The notes beneath the pieces are model-generated. The model did no database searches and had not been told where the DNA came from. It saw only the letters and a list, made by a program, of their open reading frames with translations. Shown here piece after piece: positions 1-8,700 of a stretch of DNA of 64,000 nucleotides (position 1 is the stretch's first letter; each line of letters starts with the position of its first letter). Origin of the DNA: a virus (lineage: Duplodnaviria; Caudoviricetes); the IMG/VR virus record IMGVR_UViG_3300036803_000075, positions 1-64,000 of that record; one strand, written 5' to 3'. A program made the translations under genes and the position numbers.

Positions 1-141
1 TCTGGGGTCCGGCGCTGGACTGGGGATCTTCCGGTGAGTCGCCACCATAAGATCATCCAGAACAACATCACGCACCGATCCTCCTGGTCTCTCTGGCCTG
101 CTGACCGTACCAAGGAAACCAGGTGCGTGACAAGCTCTTCA

Positions 142-474
142 TCAGCGCCGAAGCAGCTGCTCTTCTACCTCGTCGAACCGAGCGAGTGGAGCTTCCAGCA
201 TGCCTGTCGGGTCGTGCTGGGTCTCCTGCAGAGTATGGATGAGCATCCGCAGCTCGCCCACCAGAGCCTGGACCTCGGCCCGGTAGAGGTCGTACTCATC
301 GTGGCGTTTCTGGCACTCCGCCTCGATAGCACGCCGCTGGGTGTCCGTAAGGGTCTTCATACCGGCCGCAATGGCACGGTACACATCTCGGCGCATGAGG
401 AGCACAAAGGCCCAGAGTAGGACCATGAGAGCGGCCATCAGACCGATCGTCGTGGTGTTCCAAGCCCAGCTCAC
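142..474 (-). CDS. hypothetical membrane protein
   Basis: ORF with an N-terminal hydrophobic helix and coiled-coil tail; GGAGG RBS upstream. Confidence 0.6.
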   Translation of the reverse strand: MSWAWNTTTIGLMAALMVLLWAFVLLMRRDVYRAIAAGMKTLTDTQRRAIEAECQKRHDEYDLYRAEVQALVGELRMLIHTLQETQHDPTGMLEAPLARFDEVEEQLLRR

Positions 475-567
475 TATCGGCGCCCCGCCTCCTGCTTAGG
501 CGTTATCACCGTTACCGTAGCGCGTCAATACGCCGTTTGCATACTGTTGATATCTCAATCATGCTGG

Positions 568-879
568 TCAGAGACCCTCCACATGCCCATGGACATCCGT
601 GTGACCTGCTGACTTGTTGCAGTACGGGGCCTCGCAGCGCCGCCGCTGGGTGGGGGGTGTCGAGGCCGTCAGGGCGGCCAAAAGCCTGATGGCGAGGTCC
701 GCTGGGGCCTCGCCATGCTGGGTATTGGACCGAACCATCTCGTCCGGGAAAGCCTCTTCCAGATAGGCCTTGAGCCGGCTGATCTGAGCACTGGGCGCCT
801 TGCTTAAGGGCTTCTGCGAGTTGGGTGCGATGAAGGAGTCCTCAGCCGTCTCGTGGGTACTGCCAAAAATCGTCGTCAT
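568..879 (-). CDS. hypothetical protein (C-terminal Cys/His motif)
   Basis: Start reassigned to ATG at 879, which overlaps the TGA of the upstream ORF (ATGA coupling); AGGAG RBS. Confidence 0.6.
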   Translation of the reverse strand: MTTIFGSTHETAEDSFIAPNSQKPLSKAPSAQISRLKAYLEEAFPDEMVRSNTQHGEAPADLAIRLLAALTASTPPTQRRRCEAPYCNKSAGHTDVHGHVEGL

Positions 880-1109
880 GCCACATAGTCTCCTGGATCG
901 CGAGGCTTGGCATCCGGATGGGCCTTCTCCCACGCGTCACGGCGCGTAATGCTGCTGCCGATGGAAAGCGAAGCACAAGGGCCCGGATGCCACTCTTTCA
1001 GGTCGCACATATGAATCATAAAGTGCTCGCTCTCCATAGGCTGGCGGCACTTACGATCAGGATATTCAGCGACCTTCATGACACGAAGAGTAGCAGTTGA
1101 AACGATCAA
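876..1109 (-). CDS. small Cys/His-rich hypothetical protein
   Basis: ORF coupled to the downstream gene; C..C....HPGPC motif; true start may be the internal ATG at 1079. Confidence 0.55.
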   Translation of the reverse strand: MIVSTATLRVMKVAEYPDRKCRQPMESEHFMIHMCDLKEWHPGPCASLSIGSSITRRDAWEKAHPDAKPRDPGDYVA

Positions 1110-1163
1110 AGCAGTCCAAGCGGCGGGGGTTTGTGGGTATCGAGATTGGACTGGCCGCCTGGA

Positions 1164-1208
1164 CTGCTTGCTTAGCGTACCCGCTGCTTGCTTAGCGTAC
1201 CCGCTGCT
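1164..1208. repeat. 20-bp tandem duplication (CTGCTTGCTTAGCGTACCCG x2)
   Basis: Exact direct repeat at 1164-1183 and 1184-1203, spanning the stop codon of the 1192-1917 gene. Confidence 0.9.
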
Positions 1209-1917
1209 GCTGCAGCGGAGTCAGCTGGTCGTAGTACACCCAGCGCTGGCCGTAAGGGTTCCCTGTCCAATCCGGATTTTGGACGATCTGCCGGTCCCAG
1301 CCCGGGTACTGAGGTACGGGTGGCGCGGAGCTGTCGTAGTGGACGTTGGCCCACTTCTCCTGGTCCTGGCGGACCATCTCGCGCTCCTCGTGGCGAAGGT
1401 ATTCATGCCGGACCACCAACGCGGTCGTCACACCAGCAATGACCAGCGCACCGCGCTCGGGCTCGCGGTAATAGAAGTAGAGAACGCCGACCATGAACAG
1501 GCTGAAGGCCAGGAAGGCCAGTCCCAGGAAGGTCGGGATGATGAAGTTGGCCGGATCCGCCAAGTCCTCGTCCGTACCACCGAAAGCGATGAAGAAGAAG
1601 ATCGGGGAGATGATGGGCGCCGGCAGGCCCACGACCAGCCAGATGATCTGGGTGATCGAGATGCCGAACGGGCAGCGTCCCGGACGGCCGACTAGCTGAC
1701 CATTGACGATCCCCGTCACGTCGATGACCTGGGCGCCGTACGGCTTGCCGGTCGCGAGGACCGCAGCCGTGCCGTCGTCGTTGTAGCCCCGGTGCTTGAA
1801 GTAGCCGTACTCGGCCCAGCCTCGGGTGATCCGGAGCCGATGCCCCTCCCAGGCCAACGGCACGCCGGGAGTGCTGTCGCCGTATGCCTGGCGTAGTGCG
1901 GTGAGGAAGTCGATCAT
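1192..1917 (-). CDS. membrane protein (2-3 TM helices)
   Basis: Start reassigned to MIDFL at 1917 (AGGAGG RBS, ATGA overlap with upstream gene); hydrophobic segments. Confidence 0.65.
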   Translation of the reverse strand: MIDFLTALRQAYGDSTPGVPLAWEGHRLRITRGWAEYGYFKHRGYNDDGTAAVLATGKPYGAQVIDVTGIVNGQLVGRPGRCPFGISITQIIWLVVGLPAPIISPIFFFIAFGGTDEDLADPANFIIPTFLGLAFLAFSLFMVGVLYFYYREPERGALVIAGVTTALVVRHEYLRHEEREMVRQDQEKWANVHYDSSAPPVPQYPGWDRQIVQNPDWTGNPYGQRWVYYDQLTPLQQQRVR

Positions 1918-2063
1918 GACTTCGCCTCCTTCTTCGTACGACTCTCGCACGCCTTGGTACCGGTGCAGCGGTAGGTCCCGGTCGGTAGGTGGTAATAGAA
2001 AGCACTGGTGCCCTGACGCCCGCACTTGCTGCAGTGGCGCTTGGTGGGCAGTCCCTTGATCAT
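1914..2063 (-). CDS. small zinc-finger-like protein
   Basis: MIKGLPTKRHCSKC...RCTGTKAC; AGGAGG RBS; downstream of a motif-bearing promoter. Confidence 0.6.
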   Translation of the reverse strand: MIKGLPTKRHCSKCGRQGTSAFYYHLPTGTYRCTGTKACESRTKKEAKS

Positions 2064-2087
2064 GATCGAACCCTCCTGGAGAGCAGT

Positions 2088-2115
2088 ATCTCTGGCTCCT
2101 CCAGTATGACATCCC
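2088..2115 (-). promoter_or_regulatory. early promoter with GCCAGAGAT element
   Basis: Minus strand TGT-CATACT (-10 like), then GCCAGAGAT 6 nt downstream. Confidence 0.6.
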
Positions 2116-2122
2116 GACATTT

Positions 2123-2159
2123 AAAAAGGAAGCCCCCATCCGAAGATTGGGGGCTTCCT
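2123..2159 (-). terminator. intrinsic terminator
   Basis: AGGAAGCCCCCA/TGGGGGCTTCCT stem followed by a U-tract on the minus strand. Confidence 0.8.
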
Positions 2160-2170
2160 GATCGAAAGGA

Positions 2171-3004
2171 CTAGGGGCGGCGGCTGGCCCGCTTCTTGGC
2201 TGCCGAGATCTGCTCGTCGACGGTGGTCTCTTCACCGTTCTCCGCCAGCTTGGCAACGATGGCCTCGGCCAGTCGGCGGCTATAGGCCTCGTCCTGGCCC
2301 TTGTACGGGAAGTAGAAGCAGTCGGTCAGGTCGGACTTGGCTGCGGTCAGGGTGGTGATCTTGTAGCCCTGGTAGTCGACCAGCCCGACCATCGTGTTGC
2401 GAACGATCTTGGCAGTCTTGGCGGCCTTGGCGGCGGCCCTGACTTCGCGCTCGACCTGAGCGGCCTTCTCGTCCCGGGTGAACAGCTGGGTCGGTCGGCT
2501 CAGGGTCTCGACCGGCGCCGAGGCATAGCAGATTGTGCAGGCGCGCTCGCCACCCAGCTCCACGATCTCGCCCTCGTCGTGACCGGACAGCTCCGGCAGC
2601 CAGGAGAACTGGGTGGTCGGGTAGCAGCTGCTGCAGCTCATCGAGCTGTGCACATGGCCGCCCGAGACGATGAACGCCCGGGTCCAACGGTGCTCGGCGT
2701 ACAGGCCGTCCAGGATCTCTTTCTGGGCTTGCACCCGCTCCAGGTCGCGCTGGAGGATGGGCAGCTCCCGCAGTACCTCGTTGGCACGGTGAGCAGAATA
2801 GGTGTTCTCGGCGCCCACCTCTTGCAGCTTGGCGACGGCCTCCTGGTCGGTCAGCTTGTATGCCTCGGTGCGGCGGCGAACGTCACCAACCAGCGTGTGG
2901 ACGGTGTTGAGGCGGGCCCGGATGGAGGCGGTCAGCTTGGCGCCCCGCTCGTACAGTCCGGCGAGCTTGGTGTCGATCTCGGTGGCGGTGATCGTTGCGG
3001 TCAT
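2171..3004 (-). CDS. hypothetical phage protein with Cys/His metal-binding motifs
   Basis: Start MTATIT with AGGAGG RBS; GGHVHSSMSCSSC and ACTIC motifs. Confidence 0.75.
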   Translation of the reverse strand: MTATITATEIDTKLAGLYERGAKLTASIRARLNTVHTLVGDVRRRTEAYKLTDQEAVAKLQEVGAENTYSAHRANEVLRELPILQRDLERVQAQKEILDGLYAEHRWTRAFIVSGGHVHSSMSCSSCYPTTQFSWLPELSGHDEGEIVELGGERACTICYASAPVETLSRPTQLFTRDEKAAQVEREVRAAAKAAKTAKIVRNTMVGLVDYQGYKITTLTAAKSDLTDCFYFPYKGQDEAYSRRLAEAIVAKLAENGEETTVDEQISAAKKRASRRP

Positions 3005-3023
3005 CGGGTCCTCCTGGGGCGTG

Positions 3024-3068
3024 ATCTCTGGCTGACTCCAGTTTGACATATAAATATCTCTGGCACAA
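3024..3068 (-). promoter_or_regulatory. early promoter with two GCCAGAGAT elements
   Basis: TTGTGC-17 nt-CAAACT; motif overlaps the -35/spacer and recurs near +1. Confidence 0.7.
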
Positions 3069-3102
3069 GAAAAACCCCACCCGGTTTCCTGGGTGGGGTT
3101 TC
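3069..3102 (-). terminator. intrinsic terminator
   Basis: AAACCCCACCC/GGGTGGGGTTT stem with U-tract. Confidence 0.8.
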
Positions 3103-3114
3103 GTGTGGGATGGG

Positions 3115-3561
3115 CTAGCTGAACAGCTCCGGGCGCCGTTTCCGGATCACTTCCAGCTCAGCGCGGTCGCGCTCGACCTGCTGTGCCTGGATCCATGCCC
3201 ACCGGGCCTTGTACATAGCCGGGGCGAGCTTGGCCTGATAGGGCGTGGCCGGCGTCCAACCGATCAGAAAAAGCGCCTTGCCGTCATAGTCCTCGTCGAG
3301 CTTGACTTCGGTATCCACTAGGCGGTTGTGTTCGACCACCTCGGTCAGGTGACGGATGAAGTCCTCGACCGGCAGCCAGGTCGCCAGCCTCTCCTCGTAG
3401 GACTTGAACCAGAATCCCTCGGCCGACTTGCGGTACTCGCCCCAGTCGTCCGTAGTGGCGTCCGCGTGCAGCTCTCGGTGCTCAGGAGGCAGATGGGGTG
3501 TGAGGTGTACATCGGTAGGAGAGACCCTGACGACGCTGTCGATTTCCCATTCGATCTTCAT
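3115..3561 (-). CDS. hypothetical protein
   Basis: ORF coupled (ATGA) to the upstream gene. Confidence 0.65.
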   Translation of the reverse strand: MKIEWEIDSVVRVSPTDVHLTPHLPPEHRELHADATTDDWGEYRKSAEGFWFKSYEERLATWLPVEDFIRHLTEVVEHNRLVDTEVKLDEDYDGKALFLIGWTPATPYQAKLAPAMYKARWAWIQAQQVERDRAELEVIRKRRPELFS

Positions 3562-3746
3562 TCGTTCGCTTCCTTTCGGGCCTGCAAGATGATCTTCTTC
3601 AGCCGCTTGATCTCCGGGTCGAGGTAGCTGTCCGGGAGGTCGACACCCATTGCCGTCTCCAGCCGGAAGAACAAGTCCTCCCAGTCGATTCGGCCGGTGG
3701 GCTCGACGAACCCCAGCGCGTATTCGATGATCTCCTCGTCAGACAT
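3558..3746 (-). CDS. small hypothetical protein
   Basis: Start reassigned to MSDEEII, overlapping the end of the upstream gene. Confidence 0.6.
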   Translation of the reverse strand: MSDEEIIEYALGFVEPTGRIDWEDLFFRLETAMGVDLPDSYLDPEIKRLKKIILQARKEANE

Positions 3747-4236
3747 CGAGGGACTCGTAGTGAACCAGCCACGTGCCGCGCTTGGTGGTCGGATCGACCT
3801 TGACCACGTCCGCGTAGCCGCCGCGCTGGGCAATGCTCTGGGCAAGGGAGCGAGCGTCCGACTCGGTGCCCTTGGGGTCGGTGTGGGTGCTACCTGGCCG
3901 GTCGTAGTCCCGGTAGGCGTTGCCCTGCTCATCAACAGCCCAGGTGAACGGATAGCTGTAGATCACCCGGTAGTCGATGGTCTTGCGAGCCACGACGTAG
4001 TCCCGGTCCCGCCAGGCCAGGTACTTCTTCCAGGCCCCGTTGCCCCGGCTGACCGCGAAGCGCTCACTGACCATCCGGTCCAGCACGCTCTTAGCGCGGT
4101 CTGTGGTCAGCTTGGCCTTACGAGCCACAGCCGACGGGGTGAGCGGCTTGCCGGCGGTCTCCAGGATCTCTTCGACCCGGTCCGCCTGGTTGTAGAAGAG
4201 AGCGTCGACGTTGGCCTTGATGTCCATGTCACTCAT
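3739..4236 (-). CDS. putative winged-helix DNA-binding protein
   Basis: LTPSAVARKAKLTTDRAKSVLDRMV HTH-like segment; AGGAGG RBS before MSDMD. Confidence 0.6.
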   Translation of the reverse strand: MSDMDIKANVDALFYNQADRVEEILETAGKPLTPSAVARKAKLTTDRAKSVLDRMVSERFAVSRGNGAWKKYLAWRDRDYVVARKTIDYRVIYSYPFTWAVDEQGNAYRDYDRPGSTHTDPKGTESDARSLAQSIAQRGGYADVVKVDPTTKRGTWLVHYESLDV

Positions 4237-4255
4237 GATGTCCTCCTGAAGCTTG

Positions 4256-4299
4256 ACCTCTGGCTTACCCAGCATGACATCTTAAAATCTCTGGCACAA
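4256..4299 (-). promoter_or_regulatory. early promoter with two GCCAGAG(A/G)T elements
   Basis: TTGTGC-17 nt-CATGCT, same layout as 3024-3068. Confidence 0.7.
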
Positions 4300-4318
4300 G
4301 GTCTACGCACGAAGATCT

Positions 4319-4540
4319 TTAAAGAGTCGTCAAGAACTCCTTCACGGCCAGCCGGTGGCTCTCTCCTTTCCGCACGTGTACATGGCGGCCGAGGTCTCCC
4401 TCCAGTCGCAGCGGACAGATGATGGTCAAAGGGGAGGACAGAGCCTTACTCATCCTGGTGGAGACCAGATACGGCCCGTGCTGGGAGATGGTGAGGAGTG
4501 ATTCCGTACGGCTGAGTTTGACGACCTCGTGAGTAAGCAT
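4319..4540 (-). CDS. small hypothetical protein
   Basis: ORF directly downstream of a motif promoter. Confidence 0.4.
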   Translation of the reverse strand: MLTHEVVKLSRTESLLTISQHGPYLVSTRMSKALSSPLTIICPLRLEGDLGRHVHVRKGESHRLAVKEFLTTL

Positions 4541-4560
4541 GGGAGAACTTCCTACTAGGG

Positions 4561-4604
4561 ATCTCTGGCCTTCAAAATGTGACATTTAAAGATCCCTGGC
4601 ACAA
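4561..4604 (-). promoter_or_regulatory. early promoter with GCCAG(A/G)GAT elements
   Basis: TTGTGC-17 nt-CACATT plus downstream GCCAGAGAT. Confidence 0.7.
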
Positions 4605-4656
4605 CTGCGCATGTAAAAGGACCCCCGGCGGCATTGGCGGGGGTCCAGCTCATGGG

Positions 4657-4854
4657 TTACATCAGAGTTCTGACCGTTAGGGCGGCCAGACCCAAGATAG
4701 GCCCGAGGACGCCGACCAAGATCAGGCAACAGCCGGACGGGCGATTCTTCCGCTGGCGCTTGTACTTCTGGTTAGTCTTGTTGGCGAGATTCTGGATATT
4801 GCGGGCTTTATAGGCCCTTTGCTGCATAAGAAAGCGTTTGTTCTCTTCGTCCAC
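4657..4854 (-). CDS. small membrane protein
   Basis: Basic N-terminus and C-terminal TM helix. Confidence 0.5.
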   Translation of the reverse strand: MDEENKRFLMQQRAYKARNIQNLANKTNQKYKRQRKNRPSGCCLILVGVLGPILGLAALTVRTLM

Positions 4855-4877
4855 CAGACAACCCTATCGGGCGATCT

Positions 4878-5180
4878 TTACCGATCCCAACGGAGCTGGA
4901 AGGTCACCGGAACGACATTGCGAGCTGACCGGCGGACCAGCCGGCGAGCGGTCAACATGGTCAGATACCGGCTGGCGTCGTACTCGGTCTGACGACTGAT
5001 GTCCGCAACGGTCTCGACCATGAACGCCCCGTCGTGGTTGGTACGGGCATTGGCTTCGGTGAGTGCCGCCAGCGTGAGATAGGTCAACCGCTCGGCCGAG
5101 GACATGTCTCCGACAGCGATGGCCTGTAGCTGACCAAAGGCACGGCGCAGCGCTGAGATAGCGACGACAGTCGGGGGCAT
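4878..5180 (-). CDS. putative HTH DNA-binding protein
   Basis: TVADISRQTEYDASRYLTML HTH-like segment; GGAGG RBS; motif promoter at 5200-5225. Confidence 0.55.
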   Translation of the reverse strand: MPPTVVAISALRRAFGQLQAIAVGDMSSAERLTYLTLAALTEANARTNHDGAFMVETVADISRQTEYDASRYLTMLTARRLVRRSARNVVPVTFQLRWDR

Positions 5181-5232
5181 GATGTTCCTCCTGGGGGTGG
5201 TCTCTGGCCCGCTCAGGATACACATAGGTTTC

Positions 5233-5511
5233 TTAGAGCGGAAGCCCCTTGCGGAGCCTCTTCAGCCTCACATTGATCTCTGAGGCCTGACGAGTCGCTT
5301 TGGTCCTCTCACGCTCGTACAGGCGCTGACGTACGCGCAACAGGCGCCAGCTGCCCAGAGCGATGGCTCCGCCTCCGATGGCCCCGAGGAAGGCAGCCAT
5401 CAGGGTTAGGAGGATCCCCTCGTTATACCCCGACATAGAACAGACCAGCCCCAACAGAATGATCCCCATCAAAAGCAGGAACAAACCGTGGAGCTGGTCT
5501 CGGTTAAGCAT
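5233..5511 (-). CDS. small two-TM membrane protein
   Basis: Two hydrophobic helices, basic tail. Confidence 0.55.
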   Translation of the reverse strand: MLNRDQLHGLFLLLMGIILLGLVCSMSGYNEGILLTLMAAFLGAIGGGAIALGSWRLLRVRQRLYERERTKATRQASEINVRLKRLRKGLPL

Positions 5512-5522
5512 GATCTCTCGTC

Positions 5523-5681
5523 TCAGTCGGCGAGCGCCTCGCGAATCTCCAGCTTGCCCTCGCGGCGCTCACGGCGGTGGGTGCTGGTCTTGATGCTGCG
5601 GATCTCGCCTCGGGCCCACACGATGTGGCGGCGAGAGTCGTAAGCGTCCTTCTCGTCAGCGGTAACGGCGATGCGCTTCAT
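5523..5681 (-). CDS. small basic hypothetical protein
   Basis: AGGAGG RBS before MKRIAV; downstream of a motif promoter. Confidence 0.6.
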   Translation of the reverse strand: MKRIAVTADEKDAYDSRRHIVWARGEIRSIKTSTHRRERREGKLEIREALAD

Positions 5682-5701
5682 GGTGTCCTCCTGAAGGGTT
5701 G

Positions 5702-5747
5702 ACCTCTGGCTGACTCCAGTAAAGCACATGGTTTCCTATGTGCACAA
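5702..5747 (-). promoter_or_regulatory. early promoter with GCCAGAGGT element and a GCACAT/ATGTGC inverted repeat
   Basis: TTGTGC -35, downstream motif and palindrome read directly from the sequence. Confidence 0.6.
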
Positions 5748-8700
5748 CTACCCTAGGGAAACTGATTCCCACCGGCCCCCGATGGCCACCCACAGCTCCC
5801 GGACCAGCCAGTCCGCCGGCTCGATCTTGGGCAGAAACCGCACGTGGTACTTGTCGTACTTGAGGGTGATGTGCGGCGTGAAGGAGTGATCTTGGTGCGG
5901 GGCATACCCGTGCTCACCCAGGTAGTCGACCAGCTCGACGTGCATCCTGGTCAGCGCCGGAGCGTCCACCGCAGCCCAGAGCACGTGACTGCCATCGTTC
6001 ACGAAGGTGCCTGCCCCCTGCGTACGAGCCTCGAACGGCTCGTACGTCTCAGCCCAACTGGTGACGGTCTCCACCAGGTCGTCCAGCTGGTCCTGGGAAT
6101 GGTCCATGGTGTTCCCGAGATAGGCCACCGTGATGTGCAGGTTCTCTGGTGTCTCGCCGCCCTCGACCACCAGGGACTGGATGATCTCGTCCGGCGGCTT
6201 GACGGCGATCATGATGCCGCTGGGCTCCGGCGAGCCATCCGGCGGCACGGTCAGCACCCGGTTCTCGGACTGCCTCAGGGGCGTGAAGGGCGCTACATGA
6301 CGGGGAAACGGTTCGGGCTTCTTGTGCGGGGTGAACGGAGACATCCGATCAGGCACCTGATCCGTGGGTTTGGGGCGCTGCTTCCAAGGCAGCTCCGTTG
6401 AGTCATTTTGGACCTTGGTGCAGTCGGCGCAACGCCCTTGGTGTGCCGGGGGAAGACCGCTACCGATGGACTGATCAGGGCTCCGTTGCCCTTCGTCCAG
6501 TAGGCCTGTGTCATAGCTTAACGAGCGCGCCGCAGAGTCATGCTCCTGGCGCAAGTGGTAGTGCGTGGGGCACAGATCCTCAGACCGGCCGCCGGGATAG
6601 GTCAGCTGGTGGACCTGCTGCTTACCAACCTCGTGTCGGACGACCTCTTCGGCCGAGGCGCAAACGGTCAGCTTGGCCTCGTCATGATCACCTCGCCAGA
6701 TCGGCCCAGAAGCACCAGATTCACGGCCGTCGGCATCACACCGTACGCACTCATGGCCGCAGGAGTGTTCTCCAGTGCCGCCGCAGCACGAACAGACATC
6801 TCCTTCGTCATAATGATCCTGCCAGGACGCTGTCTTGCCCTGCACGTTCCGCTTGCAGTCCAGGAGGAAGTCCAGCGGGTGCCCTGGATGCAAATCCAGG
6901 TATTTCCACGCAACGTTCGCAAAGTCGAATACCCCGGTACCGTTCTGGCCGAAGGCGTTCCGGCGGTCATCATGCAGTCGGTCGAAGAGCGCGGCACCCT
7001 CGCGGGTCCGGTACGGCTCGGGCATGGCCCTAATGCCGTCTACAAAGCCCACCAGGCCCTCCAGAGCGTCCCAGTAGGACTCCGGCAGCGACCGAGCTGA
7101 CCAGTCCTCTGGTGTGCTGTAGGGCTCGACAGTCCACTCGTCATCGCTGACGTTGTACGCGGCATACGGCTTGATCTCGTGGATGTCACGGCCGGCGACA
7201 TTCACATAGGCAGTGATCCCATACCGGCCCTCGACACCGGGGATCTCGGTGTCCTCCAGCCGCTTGTCAATGCCAGCCCGGAAGGCCTGGTTCAGCCGGT
7301 CGGCCACCTGCTCATCCGACAACGCCGCGTACGCCGGCTGGGCCTTGCGGAAGGCGTCAAAGTCGACCCCAACCAGCACGTCGAAGTCGTCGGCCTCGCC
7401 AGCCCCCTCTCCGTGGGCGGCATGACTGCCGTACCAAGAGCTTGCTTCACCTCCAGCGAAGTAGACCGTCGACCATGCCGGCCAGTCCGCATAAAGGGAG
7501 TCCCAGTCCTGTCCGATCTCCTCCAGCAGGAAGCTGCGGACCTCCGGCTTGAGGTGATCGCCGTCGAACAGGCGAGGGTCCTCGCCCGGTTTGGTAGGAC
7601 TGAAGATCCGAGCTTCGGGCAGCCACTCATGCTCGTGCACGTACTCGGCGGCCGTCTTGCCGAACGTGCACGGGTCGTACGGCTGCAGTTTTTCGTGCCA
7701 GCCCTGGACCTCATTCGGTGTCATCTTGTTTCGGATCAAGTCCTTGCTGTTCCCGAGGTTGTGCTCGTGGATCATGTGCTCGGCCAGATCATGATGGGCC
7801 GGAGCCGGCGGCGGGACGTGCTCTACCTGATGTCCTGAGGAGTCACCCTCGTCCGCCTTCTGACTCCAGGCTGAGCCAGCGGGTGTCTGCACGTCGGAGT
7901 GCTGGGGTGGCGTCACCCCGTGCTGCTCGGCGGCGGCCGTACCGCGCTGCCAGAGCGCGCTCCCGATGCCCTTACGACGGTGCTCGGGATCAGTGTGCAC
8001 GAAGTCCACGAGCCCGTGCTGGGGATTCCACTCCATGTGGCCGATCTCTTTCCGAGCGTCGCCATCGGGGACGGTCGCGGAGATCCGGTGCGGCTTGGTC
8101 TTGTGCCAGGACGGTGTGAAGTGGAAGCGGATGTCCTGTGGGAGAGCTGCCCCCGCGCTCCTCGGTTTGAGGTGCGTCAAATCGACGATCTCGCTGGTGC
8201 CGTAGTCGTCGTGGGTGATGATCCCGTCGTGGCCGGCGTCTCGGACCGCCTGTGACAGCTCACTGCCCCTTTTGCCGCCGTGCTCCTTGGAGAGCTGGTG
8301 CTTCCAGTTGGAGTCCTCTTGGTAGCCGCCACCGAACGGGATGTGCTTAGGGTTCTGGAAGGTGACCGAGCCCTTCTCCCAGCGCTCGTCCGACTTGGCG
8401 TTGGGTCCGGCCTCGACCAGGTACCGGCCGTGCGGCTCGACGTCCTGCCCGAACCGGCTGCCTGCGTCCGGGGACTTCTCGGTGTTGTGAAGGTAGTAGA
8501 TGGTGGTCGCGGAGGCCGTCTTGCCGGCCCACGCCTTGCCCTCATCGGTCTGGAACTCCTCGGGGGAGTGATGGAGATTCGGCTCGACCTCCTTAGCGCG
8601 GTTCCACAGCTCGGTGCCGAGCCCGCGACGCTGGAACTTCGGGTGCACGTTGACCAGAGCGACCTCGCCATCCTTGCCGGACCAGGCGATGTGCCCAGCG

